The notes under the pieces were generated by a model. It saw only the letters and a program-made list of their open reading frames with translations. It made no database searches and was not told the DNA's origin. From the IMG/VR virus record IMGVR_UViG_3300047471_000325, positions 1,927 to 65,926 of that record: a stretch of DNA of 64,000 nucleotides. One strand, given 5' to 3'. A program made the position numbers and the translations under genes. Source of the stretch: a virus. Its lineage: Duplodnaviria; Caudoviricetes. Below, in pieces: positions 46,815 to 55,721 of the stretch (its first letter is position 1; each line of letters begins with the position of its first letter).

Positions 46815-47012
46815 CTAGACTGGCCCACCTTGGTCGAACGTACCTGTTGACGTCGTGTCAGCGTCAGCAGGTGGCGCAAAGCCCGCCATCAGCCCAGTCC
46901 ATTCGTGAGGCGTCTCCAACCAGATGGATGGTGGACAGAGATGTTCGTCGCCAAAATGTCCGCAGTTCCCGCATTGGTCATCTTCGCAGGACGGATAATA
47001 GGTTTCACTCAT
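46815..47012 (-). CDS. Small Cys-rich protein ending in EWTGLMAGFAPPA
   Basis: GAGGAG SD and ATG supplied by repeat C. Confidence 0.55.
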   Translation of the reverse strand: MSETYYPSCEDDQCGNCGHFGDEHLCPPSIWLETPHEWTGLMAGFAPPADADTTSTGTFDQGGPV

Positions 47013-47383
47013 CTCGGCTCCTCTCGCGGCTCCACGGCGGGACGGGCCGCCCATGTTTCTGATGCAGCATGCTTGCCGTGAAGAATCGACTGGTCACCAA
47101 AACACGCCTCTGAGCCATCATCCACAGCGTTGCTGGACGCTTTGTCGAGGAAGTCCGAGAGCAGCGATGAACCGTCCTCGCGCTCGTCCTGCATCGCTCG
47201 CTTCACATCCTTGGCGAATTGCTCTGCGTCCGCGATTGCGAACGTGCGGATGTAGTCGTGCTTTTCTTCGTCGTAGGGGTTCGCCCAATCCGCATAGCTC
47301 ACAGCATGGGCCAGCACGTTGACGCCGATGACAATTCGCAGTTCACCATCAGCCACTTCAACCCTTAACGGACTATCTCGCAT
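47009..47383 (-). CDS. Hypothetical protein
   Basis: 124-aa coupled ORF. Confidence 0.65.
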   Translation of the reverse strand: MRDSPLRVEVADGELRIVIGVNVLAHAVSYADWANPYDEEKHDYIRTFAIADAEQFAKDVKRAMQDEREDGSSLLSDFLDKASSNAVDDGSEACFGDQSILHGKHAASETWAARPAVEPREEPR

Positions 47384-47754
47384 CTTCTGCCTCGGCTTTC
47401 TGCCTTAGTCCTTCCGCGATGTCATGGAGGGTCTGCGAGTCGTCCTTCCCCTCGCTCACGCGCTCAGGCGGGGCGGCTGATCGAAGAAGTTTCGCCCTGA
47501 TGCGCTCGTGGCGCTTCAGATAGTGATCACGGCGACCGTAGTAGCTACCTTCCGACTCTGCATCGCGCAACAGCGTCAAGAGGTGGTCTATCTCAACCTC
47601 TGTGAAATCAATGGACATGGCCAGTGCCTTTACAAACGGGACACGTAAATGCGGGGCTTCCCTCGCACCAACCGCAACCAGAACACGCGACACAAATCGG
47701 CTGTTGCTCTGGTTCCGCTGTCGGTGCAGGCGGGGCGGCAGCCTGGAGGAGCGC
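47014..47754. repeat. Left copies of anchor repeats C (47014-47047), B (47443-47479), A (47711-47754)
   Basis: 34, 37 and 44 nt identical to 63388-63421, 63554-63590 and 63788-63831. Confidence 0.95.
47373..47618 (-). CDS. Hypothetical protein containing repeat B
   Basis: MSIDFTEVEIDHLL...SAAPPERVSEGK. Confidence 0.55.
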   Translation of the reverse strand: MSIDFTEVEIDHLLTLLRDAESEGSYYGRRDHYLKRHERIRAKLLRSAAPPERVSEGKDDSQTLHDIAEGLRQKAEAEDAR

Positions 47755-47856
47755 AGCGACGATAGCGTCACGCAACTTGGCGCAAAAATGCTCATGGCCT
47801 CGCACGATGGCCTCAGCAATTTTCAGCGCCTCCAGCGGTCGCACCGGCTCAGTCAT
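47608..47856 (-). CDS. Small protein with repeat A linker and CxxCxGxG zinc finger
   Basis: AAAGGAG SD; 'CVACSGCG...CPVCKGTG'. Confidence 0.65.
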   Translation of the reverse strand: MTEPVRPLEALKIAEAIVRGHEHFCAKLRDAIVAALLQAAAPPAPTAEPEQQPICVACSGCGWCEGSPAFTCPVCKGTGHVH

Positions 47857-47858
47857 GA

Positions 47859-48149
47859 CTATTCTCCTTTCGTTACGAGTCGTTTGACCTGCTCACCAAA
47901 CGAGATGAACTGATCCGGGTCGCAGTGATGGAGGTGCCTCGGCAACCGCACATCGCCATAGATGTCCTCGCCATCGAAGGGAAACTCACCGTCGTGCCAG
48001 ACGTACGCCTCGAAGCACGAGTTGTAGGAATATTTCACCATGGCTCTCCCGACGTAGCCGCCCATCTGCGGATACCAGATGGCGATCCATCCATCACCAA
48101 GGTCAGCGTTCATCGAGCACTGTTCTGGCGTTGGCTCTTTGTAATTCAT
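47859..48149 (-). CDS. Hypothetical protein
   Basis: 'AIWYPQMGGYVG...WHDGEFPF...LHHCDPDQFI'. Confidence 0.65.
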   Translation of the reverse strand: MNYKEPTPEQCSMNADLGDGWIAIWYPQMGGYVGRAMVKYSYNSCFEAYVWHDGEFPFDGEDIYGDVRLPRHLHHCDPDQFISFGEQVKRLVTKGE

Positions 48150-48154
48150 GACCG

Positions 48155-48379
48155 CTATATCTCCTCAAAGAAGTCGAACAGCCGCGAGCCATCTTTGCGA
48201 GCTATAGTCCCACGACGCTGAAACGTCCTGATAGACTCAGTGTTGCATGGTGCCCAATCCATAGTACTGAGTTTGGCTGGTCGGCGGTCATGCATCTGGT
48301 AATACTCAAGGTCGAATGACGGTTGTTGTATGTCTACACGCAGGAGGTCGCCGTTCTTCGCGATGAGCAGAAGCGTCAT
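48155..48379 (-). CDS. Hypothetical protein
   Basis: GGGAG SD before ATG 48379. Confidence 0.5.
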   Translation of the reverse strand: MTLLLIAKNGDLLRVDIQQPSFDLEYYQMHDRRPAKLSTMDWAPCNTESIRTFQRRGTIARKDGSRLFDFFEEI

Positions 48380-48390
48380 ACTGGTCTCCC

Positions 48391-49791
48391 CTAACAATTC
48401 ACCGAGAACACATGCACGATCGGTCGGTGATCGCCTTCACTGTTGCGCGCGGTCATGAAGAGCAGCTTGCTCGTCGGTTCGAACCATGCGCCGCCGTGAC
48501 AGTTCTGACAGGGCGCGATCTCAGGGAATGCGCCTCCACCTGGTAAGTCGAAGAGGCGTGCGGAATCCGTGGTTGGCGGCAGGAGAACCGAAGACTTCAG
48601 ACCACCTGCCACGAGGGCGAAGTCAGCAGGGTCATAGATCCACATCGTTGATTGCATCGTTGTCGTGCCCGGTCCAGTGGCCTCATTGCCATAGCGCGTA
48701 TCATTCTGACCATGTGCGCACAACTTCTTCACACCGTAGATCTGCGCAGGGCCATACCACTGGTGACACTTCTGATCAGGTGGATAGACTCCTGTTCCGA
48801 CCAGTGAGGCAACAGTTCTAGCAAGTTGGCCGATGAAGACCACACCTTGCTTCGTCGCGCCGTTGATCCAGACCGACGCATTGACGACGTCAACTGCGGT
48901 GAAGACCGAGACAGGACCGTATTGCACGCCGCAGAGCACGCCGTCGATATTGCATCCGCTTCCGTCCTGCACGGGGTTCAACTGCGGCTGACGTGGTGGA
49001 TCGTTATCAGGTATGCCGTAGTTCGTCCATCCGCAGTCATCCACATCAGACGGACGAGACTGTTTGCTGCCGAGATCAGAGTGAACTAGATTGGTGACAG
49101 GGATCGTCACGTGTCCGTCATTATAGCCGTCTGCAGGCACGCTGTTAGCAGGCACATCGCAAGACGACGTCTCGACGCCCCACGGCGATCCCGCATTGCC
49201 AGATCCAATCGGTGCCCCGGTGATGATGCGCCCGTGCAGTGTCGATTGATAGGCCGCTGGCACGGGTGCCATATAACCGGCAGTGAAACCTGAGAACGAA
49301 GATGTCCGCCACGGGCCAAAGGCTGTCACAAGTCCAGGAGCGAGAATTGAACTCCCGAAGCTCGGATTCCAATCGCCGCCGACGTTGTACTGATCCTGAT
49401 AGGACCAGATCAACTGCTGCGTCACCTCATCCCAGAGCAGACCGCGCGTCGGCTTAGAGTTCGCCGACCCGACTTTCTTGCCCATCGTCACGTCCCACCA
49501 GTTCGTGACGAAGGTGGCGACGTTTCCTACACCGTTGTATCTAATCTCGTAGACCGGATCAGGCCAGCCTGTCTCGGCTTGTGAACCGCAGACGAGCAAG
49601 TAGATCTGGCCGCCGACAACACGCCCAGTGAGTGCGCCAGCGGAATAGGCGAAGCGAATGCCATTCGCCTGATCTTCAGGCGGCATCGTTATAAATCCGA
49701 GGTAGAGAAAGTCGTTCGGCTGCAGTAGAGACCCTATGGGAGAAGGTGGCACATACGGTGTTGGTACGCCGTGTCGTCGCTGAAGGTACAT
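48391..49791 (-). CDS. Beta-propeller-like, carbohydrate-interacting-type protein
   Basis: AGGAG SD before ATG 49791; G/P/W/Y-rich beta strands, paired Cys; 'GGAWFEPTSKLLFM...PIVHVF'. Confidence 0.6.
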   Translation of the reverse strand: MYLQRRHGVPTPYVPPSPIGSLLQPNDFLYLGFITMPPEDQANGIRFAYSAGALTGRVVGGQIYLLVCGSQAETGWPDPVYEIRYNGVGNVATFVTNWWDVTMGKKVGSANSKPTRGLLWDEVTQQLIWSYQDQYNVGGDWNPSFGSSILAPGLVTAFGPWRTSSFSGFTAGYMAPVPAAYQSTLHGRIITGAPIGSGNAGSPWGVETSSCDVPANSVPADGYNDGHVTIPVTNLVHSDLGSKQSRPSDVDDCGWTNYGIPDNDPPRQPQLNPVQDGSGCNIDGVLCGVQYGPVSVFTAVDVVNASVWINGATKQGVVFIGQLARTVASLVGTGVYPPDQKCHQWYGPAQIYGVKKLCAHGQNDTRYGNEATGPGTTTMQSTMWIYDPADFALVAGGLKSSVLLPPTTDSARLFDLPGGGAFPEIAPCQNCHGGAWFEPTSKLLFMTARNSEGDHRPIVHVFSVNC

Positions 49792-49815
49792 GAAGACTCC
49801 TCTAATTGAGAGATA

Positions 49816-49898
49816 TTCCGCCGTCCCCACCGACAGACCGCCGCAGCAGTCTCGATGCGTGATTGACGCGATACCCTCGTTCGCGCGGGACGGCGGAA
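49816..49898 (-). ncRNA. Candidate structured intergenic RNA (three-way junction)
   Basis: 12-bp perfect closing stem 49816-49827/49887-49898 with two inner hairpins. Confidence 0.4.
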
Positions 49899-49908
49899 AC
49901 TTTACCGG

Positions 49909-50124
49909 CTACACCGGTACTACTTGATCCGCACGCAATACGGCGCACGCTGGTCCGAGTGACGACGATCCCTTACCGATCCTTACGAGATAGACAGGGA
50001 CTTGCTCATCGTCACCAGTTAGTTGCTTATCGTCCTGCGGCCATGTAAGAGAACCATAGCCGATTATCGAGCCAACGATGTTGATTGTTCTCTTACTTTT
50101 GACTCGTTGTCCTATCCTGAACAT
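49909..50124 (-). CDS. Small SH3/KOW-like protein
   Basis: 'MFRIGQRVK...GSII...VYLV'. Confidence 0.55.
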   Translation of the reverse strand: MFRIGQRVKSKRTINIVGSIIGYGSLTWPQDDKQLTGDDEQVPVYLVRIGKGSSSLGPACAVLRADQVVPV

Positions 50125-50142
50125 AAAATCCTCTGATCTGAA

Positions 50143-50240
50143 TTGGGGCAGCCGCAGTGCTCCCACACGTGATCAACGGGATTGTTGATCACCCCGACAA
50201 GGTGCCCAATAACACCACCATCAGGAACGGCTGGCCCCAA
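50143..50240 (-). ncRNA. Candidate structured intergenic RNA (multi-branch)
   Basis: Closing stem 50143-50154/50228-50240; 9-bp hairpin 50169-50192; short hairpin 50201-50216. Confidence 0.4.
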
Positions 50241-50244
50241 ACCT

Positions 50245-51021
50245 TTACATCTCGCTCGCTGTCGCTGCGTGCTGGCCTTCGAACTGCGCCGGGTCGAAGC
50301 TGTCCGGGTCAGCGTCGTGATGGACCATCTCGGGCGCGATGTCCTTCACAGCCTCGAACATCTCCTCGCCGAGCGCGTAGTCGGCCTCACTGACCCACCC
50401 TGCTTGTTCGACTTTGTAGATCTGATGCGGCTTTGGCGTCAGCTTCACGCCAGTGGTAATCTTTAGCCGTACGGCGAAGCAGTCGCGGTTGGCCATCGTC
50501 GCCAAGCCCCAGAGCGTCTTCGCGGCGTTGATGCCAGATGACTTGAAGCTCAGTGCGATGATCTCGCGCGCTGGCAGGATGACGGCCAAGAAGTCACGAA
50601 AGAGCGTCGCCTTCGGGCGGTCGGTCTTCTTGTCGCCGCTCGTACCCCACCGCAGACGTTCGTCGCCGATTGGCACATTCGGGTCGACGACTCCACCGCC
50701 ATCGTCGATGCTGCGAAACTCCATTGCGCGAAGCGGCATCTTGCGCACGACCTGCACATAGACTTCTTTGCCGTAGCTGACGCCGGTGATCGAGTTGAAA
50801 AGGTCGCCAGCCTTCAGCCCAGCGATGCGCGCCGGGTCGCCGTCGGTTACCTGCGGGCTGAGCGCCTGTGCAAGCGCCAACCTAGGGATCATGAGGTCGC
50901 TTTGGACGGTGTCCTCGAAGCCTCTACGGCTGCCCTTCTTGATGTAGTTGGGTGCGGGCGCGAGAGTGCCAGCTTGCGTCGTGGCGATGTCAGTCGTTGC
51001 GTTCTTCGTTTCAGTGCTCAT
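50245..51021 (-). CDS. ssDNA-binding-like replication protein
   Basis: 'DLMIPRLALAQALSPQV...GDLFNSITG', acidic C-terminus; sits in a PolA/SNF2/VRR-NUC module. Confidence 0.6.
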   Translation of the reverse strand: MSTETKNATTDIATTQAGTLAPAPNYIKKGSRRGFEDTVQSDLMIPRLALAQALSPQVTDGDPARIAGLKAGDLFNSITGVSYGKEVYVQVVRKMPLRAMEFRSIDDGGGVVDPNVPIGDERLRWGTSGDKKTDRPKATLFRDFLAVILPAREIIALSFKSSGINAAKTLWGLATMANRDCFAVRLKITTGVKLTPKPHQIYKVEQAGWVSEADYALGEEMFEAVKDIAPEMVHHDADPDSFDPAQFEGQHAATASEM

Positions 51022-51065
51022 TTGATTCTGACTCCTGATGTCTGATTTAATGCTGTGTATTACTG

Positions 51066-51248
51066 TTACTCAACCGCCGTCTCGATCTTCACCTCCAGTC
51101 CAGTGATGCGCGATAGGTGCCGCTCGGTCTCCCAGATGCGCTCCGTCAGGTCGCCGACGGTGAGTTTATCATACAAGACCTCAACGCCGTGTATGGTGTG
51201 CTCGCTCATGCCAAGCGTGAACTTGACTTGGACCTTGATACTACTCAT
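51066..51248 (-). CDS. Hypothetical protein
   Basis: 60-aa ORF in the operon. Confidence 0.5.
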   Translation of the reverse strand: MSSIKVQVKFTLGMSEHTIHGVEVLYDKLTVGDLTERIWETERHLSRITGLEVKIETAVE

Positions 51249-51250
51249 AG

Positions 51251-51868
51251 CTACCCCCGATTCAACCGGACCATAACTTTTGCCGTCACCTCGACGCCGT
51301 CCGGCGGAGCCTCGCCAGCCAGAGTGCGTTCTTTCGCGATGGCATTCGTCGTCATCCAGAGCAGCTGCATCTGCGGCTCGTAGCCGTTATCGATGCACCA
51401 ATTCCTGAATGCCTCGCGGTCAACGATCTTGCTATAAGGCTCCATGTAGGTACTGACCGAGGCGCCCGACTCCAGACGCAGGCTGGCGACGCCTTCCTCT
51501 TCCATCTTCTCGACCATCAGCCGCTCGTAGGCGTCTTGAAGCAGCTGGGCGGCGGACTTCAGGTCGCCGAGCGTGTCGACGACCGTCCTGGTCGCGGCGT
51601 AGGCAGAGGCGAAGGCGGCGGCGCTGCGCTTGTCACCGACCTGCTGCTTGCCCAGCGCAAGGATGGACGCGACCTGCGTTTTGACGTCAGCGAGGCGCGA
51701 AAGCATCTGCACGTCGATGTTCCAGTTATTGTCAAGCATGCAGCTGGCAGGAGTCGCGAGAATCTCGTCACGCACCTTGTTCAGCAGCTCGACTCTGCCT
51801 GGATCGTCACCGAGGTACTTCGGCAGATCCTTGACGACCGATGCGTACTTCGTCTGTCTTGTCGCCAT
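51251..51868 (-). CDS. Replication-module coiled-coil protein
   Basis: 'MEEEGVASLRL...DREAFRNW...E...GEAPPDGVEV'; GAGGAT SD. Confidence 0.65.
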   Translation of the reverse strand: MATRQTKYASVVKDLPKYLGDDPGRVELLNKVRDEILATPASCMLDNNWNIDVQMLSRLADVKTQVASILALGKQQVGDKRSAAAFASAYAATRTVVDTLGDLKSAAQLLQDAYERLMVEKMEEEGVASLRLESGASVSTYMEPYSKIVDREAFRNWCIDNGYEPQMQLLWMTTNAIAKERTLAGEAPPDGVEVTAKVMVRLNRG

Positions 51869-52260
51869 CAAATCCTCCTCGGATCGAGCAGCACGCTCTC
51901 TTCGCACACCCAGTCAACGATTTCAACCTCGCGCTCCGGCTGCGCGGGTACGATCTTGTGTCCGACGACGATCTTGCGGCAGACCTGCTCGCGACTGACG
52001 TTGATGTCGAGCTTCACGTCTTCGCTGAACGTGCGGCGCAGCGCGAACCACGAGTCGTAGTATTCTTTCGACCACCCGCCAAGGCGCGCGAGCGCGGTCA
52101 GTTCGCTGCGCTCGACGAAGATGTTGCCGTCGATGCTGCAAGTCTTGATCTGCGGATGCTGCTCGAAGAAGTCGGCCATCTTTCGCAGGCCGTCGATGAA
52201 GTCGGCGCGGCGCTTGGCGGCGGCGTAGTCGTAGGTCGGGTCAGGGGTTTCACTTGTCAT
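51868..52260 (-). CDS. Hypothetical protein
   Basis: 'FIDGLRKMADFFEQHP...REQVCRKIVVG...WVCE'; AAGGAGCAGTAGA before ATG. Confidence 0.7.
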   Translation of the reverse strand: MTSETPDPTYDYAAAKRRADFIDGLRKMADFFEQHPQIKTCSIDGNIFVERSELTALARLGGWSKEYYDSWFALRRTFSEDVKLDINVSREQVCRKIVVGHKIVPAQPEREVEIVDWVCEESVLLDPRRI

Positions 52261-52261
52261 T

Positions 52262-52525
52262 CTACTGCTCCTTCTGATAATAACCCTTACCGTTGCACTC
52301 CGGGCACGGCAGCATGCGCGTGATGTCGTCGGTGACGTGCTGCTCTGTTTCGCGGCTGCCCATGCAATCCGGGCAGACCTCGATCTCGCCGCCGAGTTTC
52401 CTGAATGCGAGGTCACCGGTCGCTTCTTGATGCATCTTTGTTGCTGTAGCAATCACCGACCGCGCAAACGCCTGATCTCGTCGGTCGCGGTTGGTGCGCG
52501 AGCCTGAACGTAGGTGGCGGTTCAT
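52262..52525 (-). CDS. Zinc-finger protein
   Basis: CPDCMG...CPECNGKG. Confidence 0.6.
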   Translation of the reverse strand: MNRHLRSGSRTNRDRRDQAFARSVIATATKMHQEATGDLAFRKLGGEIEVCPDCMGSRETEQHVTDDITRMLPCPECNGKGYYQKEQ

Positions 52526-52764
52526 GACCTTTCTCCTGCGACCTTGAACGCATACTCCTGAAGCCCCCGCCGCCTGACCTCGGCGCTGAGCGCGGTGCTG
52601 ACTGCCGCCGGTTCCTGCTCCCGCAGCGCCTTGAGCAGCGCGTTGACGAGGTGCGCGTCGTTCATCAGCGCGATCGCCACGCACTTGCCGTGGCTCGTCT
52701 GCCAGAGGCCGGCTTCGGCGGCTTTGATTCTTGTTGAGGCTGAGAGGCGGAGGAGGTGGGTCAT
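52522..52764 (-). CDS. Hypothetical protein
   Basis: 'WQT..G..VAI..MNDAHLVNA...EVRRRG'. Confidence 0.6.
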   Translation of the reverse strand: MTHLLRLSASTRIKAAEAGLWQTSHGKCVAIALMNDAHLVNALLKALREQEPAAVSTALSAEVRRRGLQEYAFKVAGERS

Positions 52765-52982
52765 TTCGCCACCTTGAAGAGCGACTTCAGCCAGCCGAGA
52801 TCGCCGACCATGTCGCCGCCGGCAGCCTTCCAAAGGCAGTCATCATCAAGTCGGATGCTTACAGTGATTTTTCCGTAGACGCCCGGATGTGCGATGGAGG
52901 GGACTGCCAACTCCCGATATACGATCTCACCGGTAGCGCCGTCTCGCTTGCGGATAACCTTAGTGCCGATGGCTGAATTCAT
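52761..52982 (-). CDS. Hypothetical early protein
   Basis: First gene after the promoter; AGGAG SD. Confidence 0.6.
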   Translation of the reverse strand: MNSAIGTKVIRKRDGATGEIVYRELAVPSIAHPGVYGKITVSIRLDDDCLWKAAGGDMVGDLGWLKSLFKVAK

Positions 52983-53003
52983 GTCTGTCTCCTAGTGACG
53001 GGC

Positions 53004-53072
53004 CTCGGTGTTTCCGAGCGCCGGTTGACTGCTTACAAAAGAGATACTACTACGAGTTGGGGCCGGTGTAAA
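53004..53072 (-). promoter_or_regulatory. Sigma70-like promoter TTTACA-N17-TAGTAT with leader hairpin
   Basis: -35 at 53072-53067, -10 at 53049-53044; hairpin CTCGG-AAACA-CCGAG at 53004-53018. Confidence 0.75.
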
Positions 53073-53114
53073 CAACTATTTTTAACTATTTGAAAACCGC
53101 TAAAACATTAAGGA

Positions 53115-54677
53115 TTATTCGTCTTTCAGCGCCTTGACCCAGCCTGCCGCTGTCCGCTGTGCGATATCCTCGCCGTTACGCCGCGTCAGCAGGATGTCGC
53201 GGTCAATGGTGTGCTGCCCCTTCGGACCGACGGCGATGATGTCGTAGTACGCGATGGGAAACTTTTGTCCTGGACCATAGACACGATCGAGCGTCTGCGC
53301 CGAGCGTCCAGGTGAGTAGCCGCTGCTCATCGTCACGCACGTATGTGCCGCGCACATGTCGAGGCCGAAGCTGCCCGTGCCCTCGATGCCGGCGACGAAG
53401 ACTGGACCAGTCGGCGATGTCTCGGGCTTCAGTAGTGCAAGAGCGCGGAGTCGTTCGGCCTTCTTCTGGCCGCCCATGATCGTCGCTGTCTCGAACTGCG
53501 GGAACTTTACTTTGACTTCTGCCTCGGCGCGCAGCACCTCTGCTCTGAAGCGTCCCCACGCGACGAGGTGGAGGTTCTCGTCCTCAGCGAGCCGCTGCTC
53601 GATGAACCAGAGGAGGACGTCGAGCTTCTCGTGGCCGATCTCGCGAATAGGATCAACGGACCTGTTCGTCGGTGGCCAGTCTGGGTATTGAACATCGATG
53701 CCAGAATCTTCGACCCCACCGATGAACCCACCCGTGATCTGCGACAGCCGCAGCGCCTTGATCGCCGCCGTCGCTGAGGTTGCGACGTCGTTTGACGACA
53801 GCCACACGACCATCTCCTCGCGCATGTCCTTGTAGGCCTTCCACGTCTCCGGCGTCAGCGTCGTCGTCAGCGTCACCGGATCGAGCTTTGGCGGGAGATC
53901 GAGACAATCTTTTTGAAGACGCCTGACCGTGACTGGCGCGAAGCGTCGCTGCAGGTCGTCGAGGTTCGTCCACCCATTGACCTTCATGATCGGCCTGCCC
54001 CACGCGTTGACCATCGGACTGCCGCCGTTGCGCAGCACAGGACCTTGTATCGCGTATCTGGCCTTGAAGTGCGTCACGTACTTCGTGCCGATGATGCTCT
54101 CGTGAAGTATGTTCCCCTGTGAAAAAAGGTCGAGCGGCGAGTGAAACAGCGGCGTGCCATTGAGCAGCACGACGCGCCCGCATGCCCGGCGCAGCTGCAG
54201 GCAGGCCTTCGTCTGCTCGGCGGCGTGGTTCTTGACGAAGCTCGACTCGTCGAGGACGAGGAGCGTCTTCTGGTTGCAGAAGGGCAACAACTGTATTAAC
54301 CGGTTCTTGCTGCGCAGGAACTCGAAGTTCGTTACCGCCCACTGCAATCGACGTACGCCTGGAGCATCATTCAGCCATTGGCGACATCGAGCGTGGAATT
54401 CAGATACTTTAATGGGCAGGTCTAGCCAGGCGTGCTTGGCGATCTCGCCGATCTGTTCATCGTACCACACGTCGCGCACGGGCGCCGGGGAGACGACGAT
54501 CACCTTATCGATGACGCCGGCCTCGAAGAGGAACTGCGCGGCATCGACGATGATCTTGCTTTTTCCGGTCCGCATCTCCGACGCGACGAAGAAGTACGGA
54601 TGGTCGATCACCGCCTGCACATCCTCACGTTGATGCTGGAACGGTGCAAGACGACACCGACTGAAGTCGAGCGTCAC
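53115..54677 (-). CDS. SNF2-family helicase
   Basis: 'PFQHQ', 'EMRTGKS', 'LDES', 'LLNGTP', 'DCLDLPPK'; GTG start coupled to the exonuclease stop. Confidence 0.88.
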   Translation of the reverse strand: MTLDFSRCRLAPFQHQREDVQAVIDHPYFFVASEMRTGKSKIIVDAAQFLFEAGVIDKVIVVSPAPVRDVWYDEQIGEIAKHAWLDLPIKVSEFHARCRQWLNDAPGVRRLQWAVTNFEFLRSKNRLIQLLPFCNQKTLLVLDESSFVKNHAAEQTKACLQLRRACGRVVLLNGTPLFHSPLDLFSQGNILHESIIGTKYVTHFKARYAIQGPVLRNGGSPMVNAWGRPIMKVNGWTNLDDLQRRFAPVTVRRLQKDCLDLPPKLDPVTLTTTLTPETWKAYKDMREEMVVWLSSNDVATSATAAIKALRLSQITGGFIGGVEDSGIDVQYPDWPPTNRSVDPIREIGHEKLDVLLWFIEQRLAEDENLHLVAWGRFRAEVLRAEAEVKVKFPQFETATIMGGQKKAERLRALALLKPETSPTGPVFVAGIEGTGSFGLDMCAAHTCVTMSSGYSPGRSAQTLDRVYGPGQKFPIAYYDIIAVGPKGQHTIDRDILLTRRNGEDIAQRTAAGWVKALKDE

Positions 54678-55558
54678 GCCTTCCTCACTGGATACACCCC
54701 AAGCTTCGCCTGCGCCGCGATCCGCTTCGTCTCGACTGGAAAGTCCTTGCTCAGGATCCAATCCCAGTATCCGACGTCGGCCGCCGTCATAGGCTTGCCG
54801 CCGTACTTCCCCCAGCGCGTGAAGCAAGGGACGTCCTTGACGTAGCAGAACTTTCCCTCGAGGTCGATCATCGTCGGCCACTGGAGTGCGTGCAGTGCGT
54901 CGAGGTCGTGGGGCAGTAAGTCACCATCGTCGTTGAGGCTTGCGTTAAGTTGCAGTTCGATGACTTCCGCAACAGCTTCGACGTCCGCCATCGCACCGTG
55001 CGCACCTGGGAATGCTTGATCAGTATACTTCTTGTAGAGGTGCGTCAGGCTGCGCGGCACGAGCAGCGCCTCGAGCCGGTCGGCATCGATGATTCGCGCA
55101 TCACCAATCGACCACTCGACGCCGGCACGAGCGAACTCGGCCGAGAGGATGCGGAGGTCAAAGCGGATGTTTTTGCCGGCATAGTCGACGTTGGTGAAGC
55201 CGACGGCGAGATTTGGCGCGAGGTGCTTGAAGGTGGGCCAACCACGCGGATCGATGCAAGGCCAATTGACGCATTCATCTGACTTATCGATTGGATGACC
55301 TGCTAGTTCAGCATTGCATGTCCGACACAGCCAGAAGTCCTCATCCTTGTAGCCGTGCACCTCGGTTGCTTCCGCCGGGATCGGCACGCCCGGATTGACC
55401 AATGTCCGATACTTCTTTACGTCGCGCCCATCGTGATAGTAGACCTGGAACGCCAGCTCCACGATGCGGTCATTCGTCGTGTCAAGGCCTGTCGTCTCGG
55501 TGTCGAGGACGATGAGCGGACGGGGGAGGGTGAGGAGGTCGGTGATCATGATTCGCAC
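54674..55558 (-). CDS. DEDDh 3'-5' exonuclease (DnaQ / Pol III epsilon like)
   Basis: 'LDTETTGL', 'NIRFD', 'AHGAMADV'; C-terminal 'WGKYGGKP...YWDWIL' module. Confidence 0.9.
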   Translation of the reverse strand: MRIMITDLLTLPRPLIVLDTETTGLDTTNDRIVELAFQVYYHDGRDVKKYRTLVNPGVPIPAEATEVHGYKDEDFWLCRTCNAELAGHPIDKSDECVNWPCIDPRGWPTFKHLAPNLAVGFTNVDYAGKNIRFDLRILSAEFARAGVEWSIGDARIIDADRLEALLVPRSLTHLYKKYTDQAFPGAHGAMADVEAVAEVIELQLNASLNDDGDLLPHDLDALHALQWPTMIDLEGKFCYVKDVPCFTRWGKYGGKPMTAADVGYWDWILSKDFPVETKRIAAQAKLGVYPVRKA

Positions 55559-55721
55559 ACCTCATCGAAATCGATCGCTGTGGTGCATTCGTGGCCATCG
55601 ACCCAGACAGTACCTTCATCCGCGCTGAAAGCAAACTCAAGGATAGAACCATCTTCAAAGGTTAGCTTCAATCCGATGTCACCTTGATCCGTCGGTTCGA
55701 GTTTGATGAGCTTTTTACCGA

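Noticed and set aside
49816-50240. tRNA genes
   Set aside because: The branched folds lack the T-loop GTTCRA, D-loop and 7-nt anticodon geometry.
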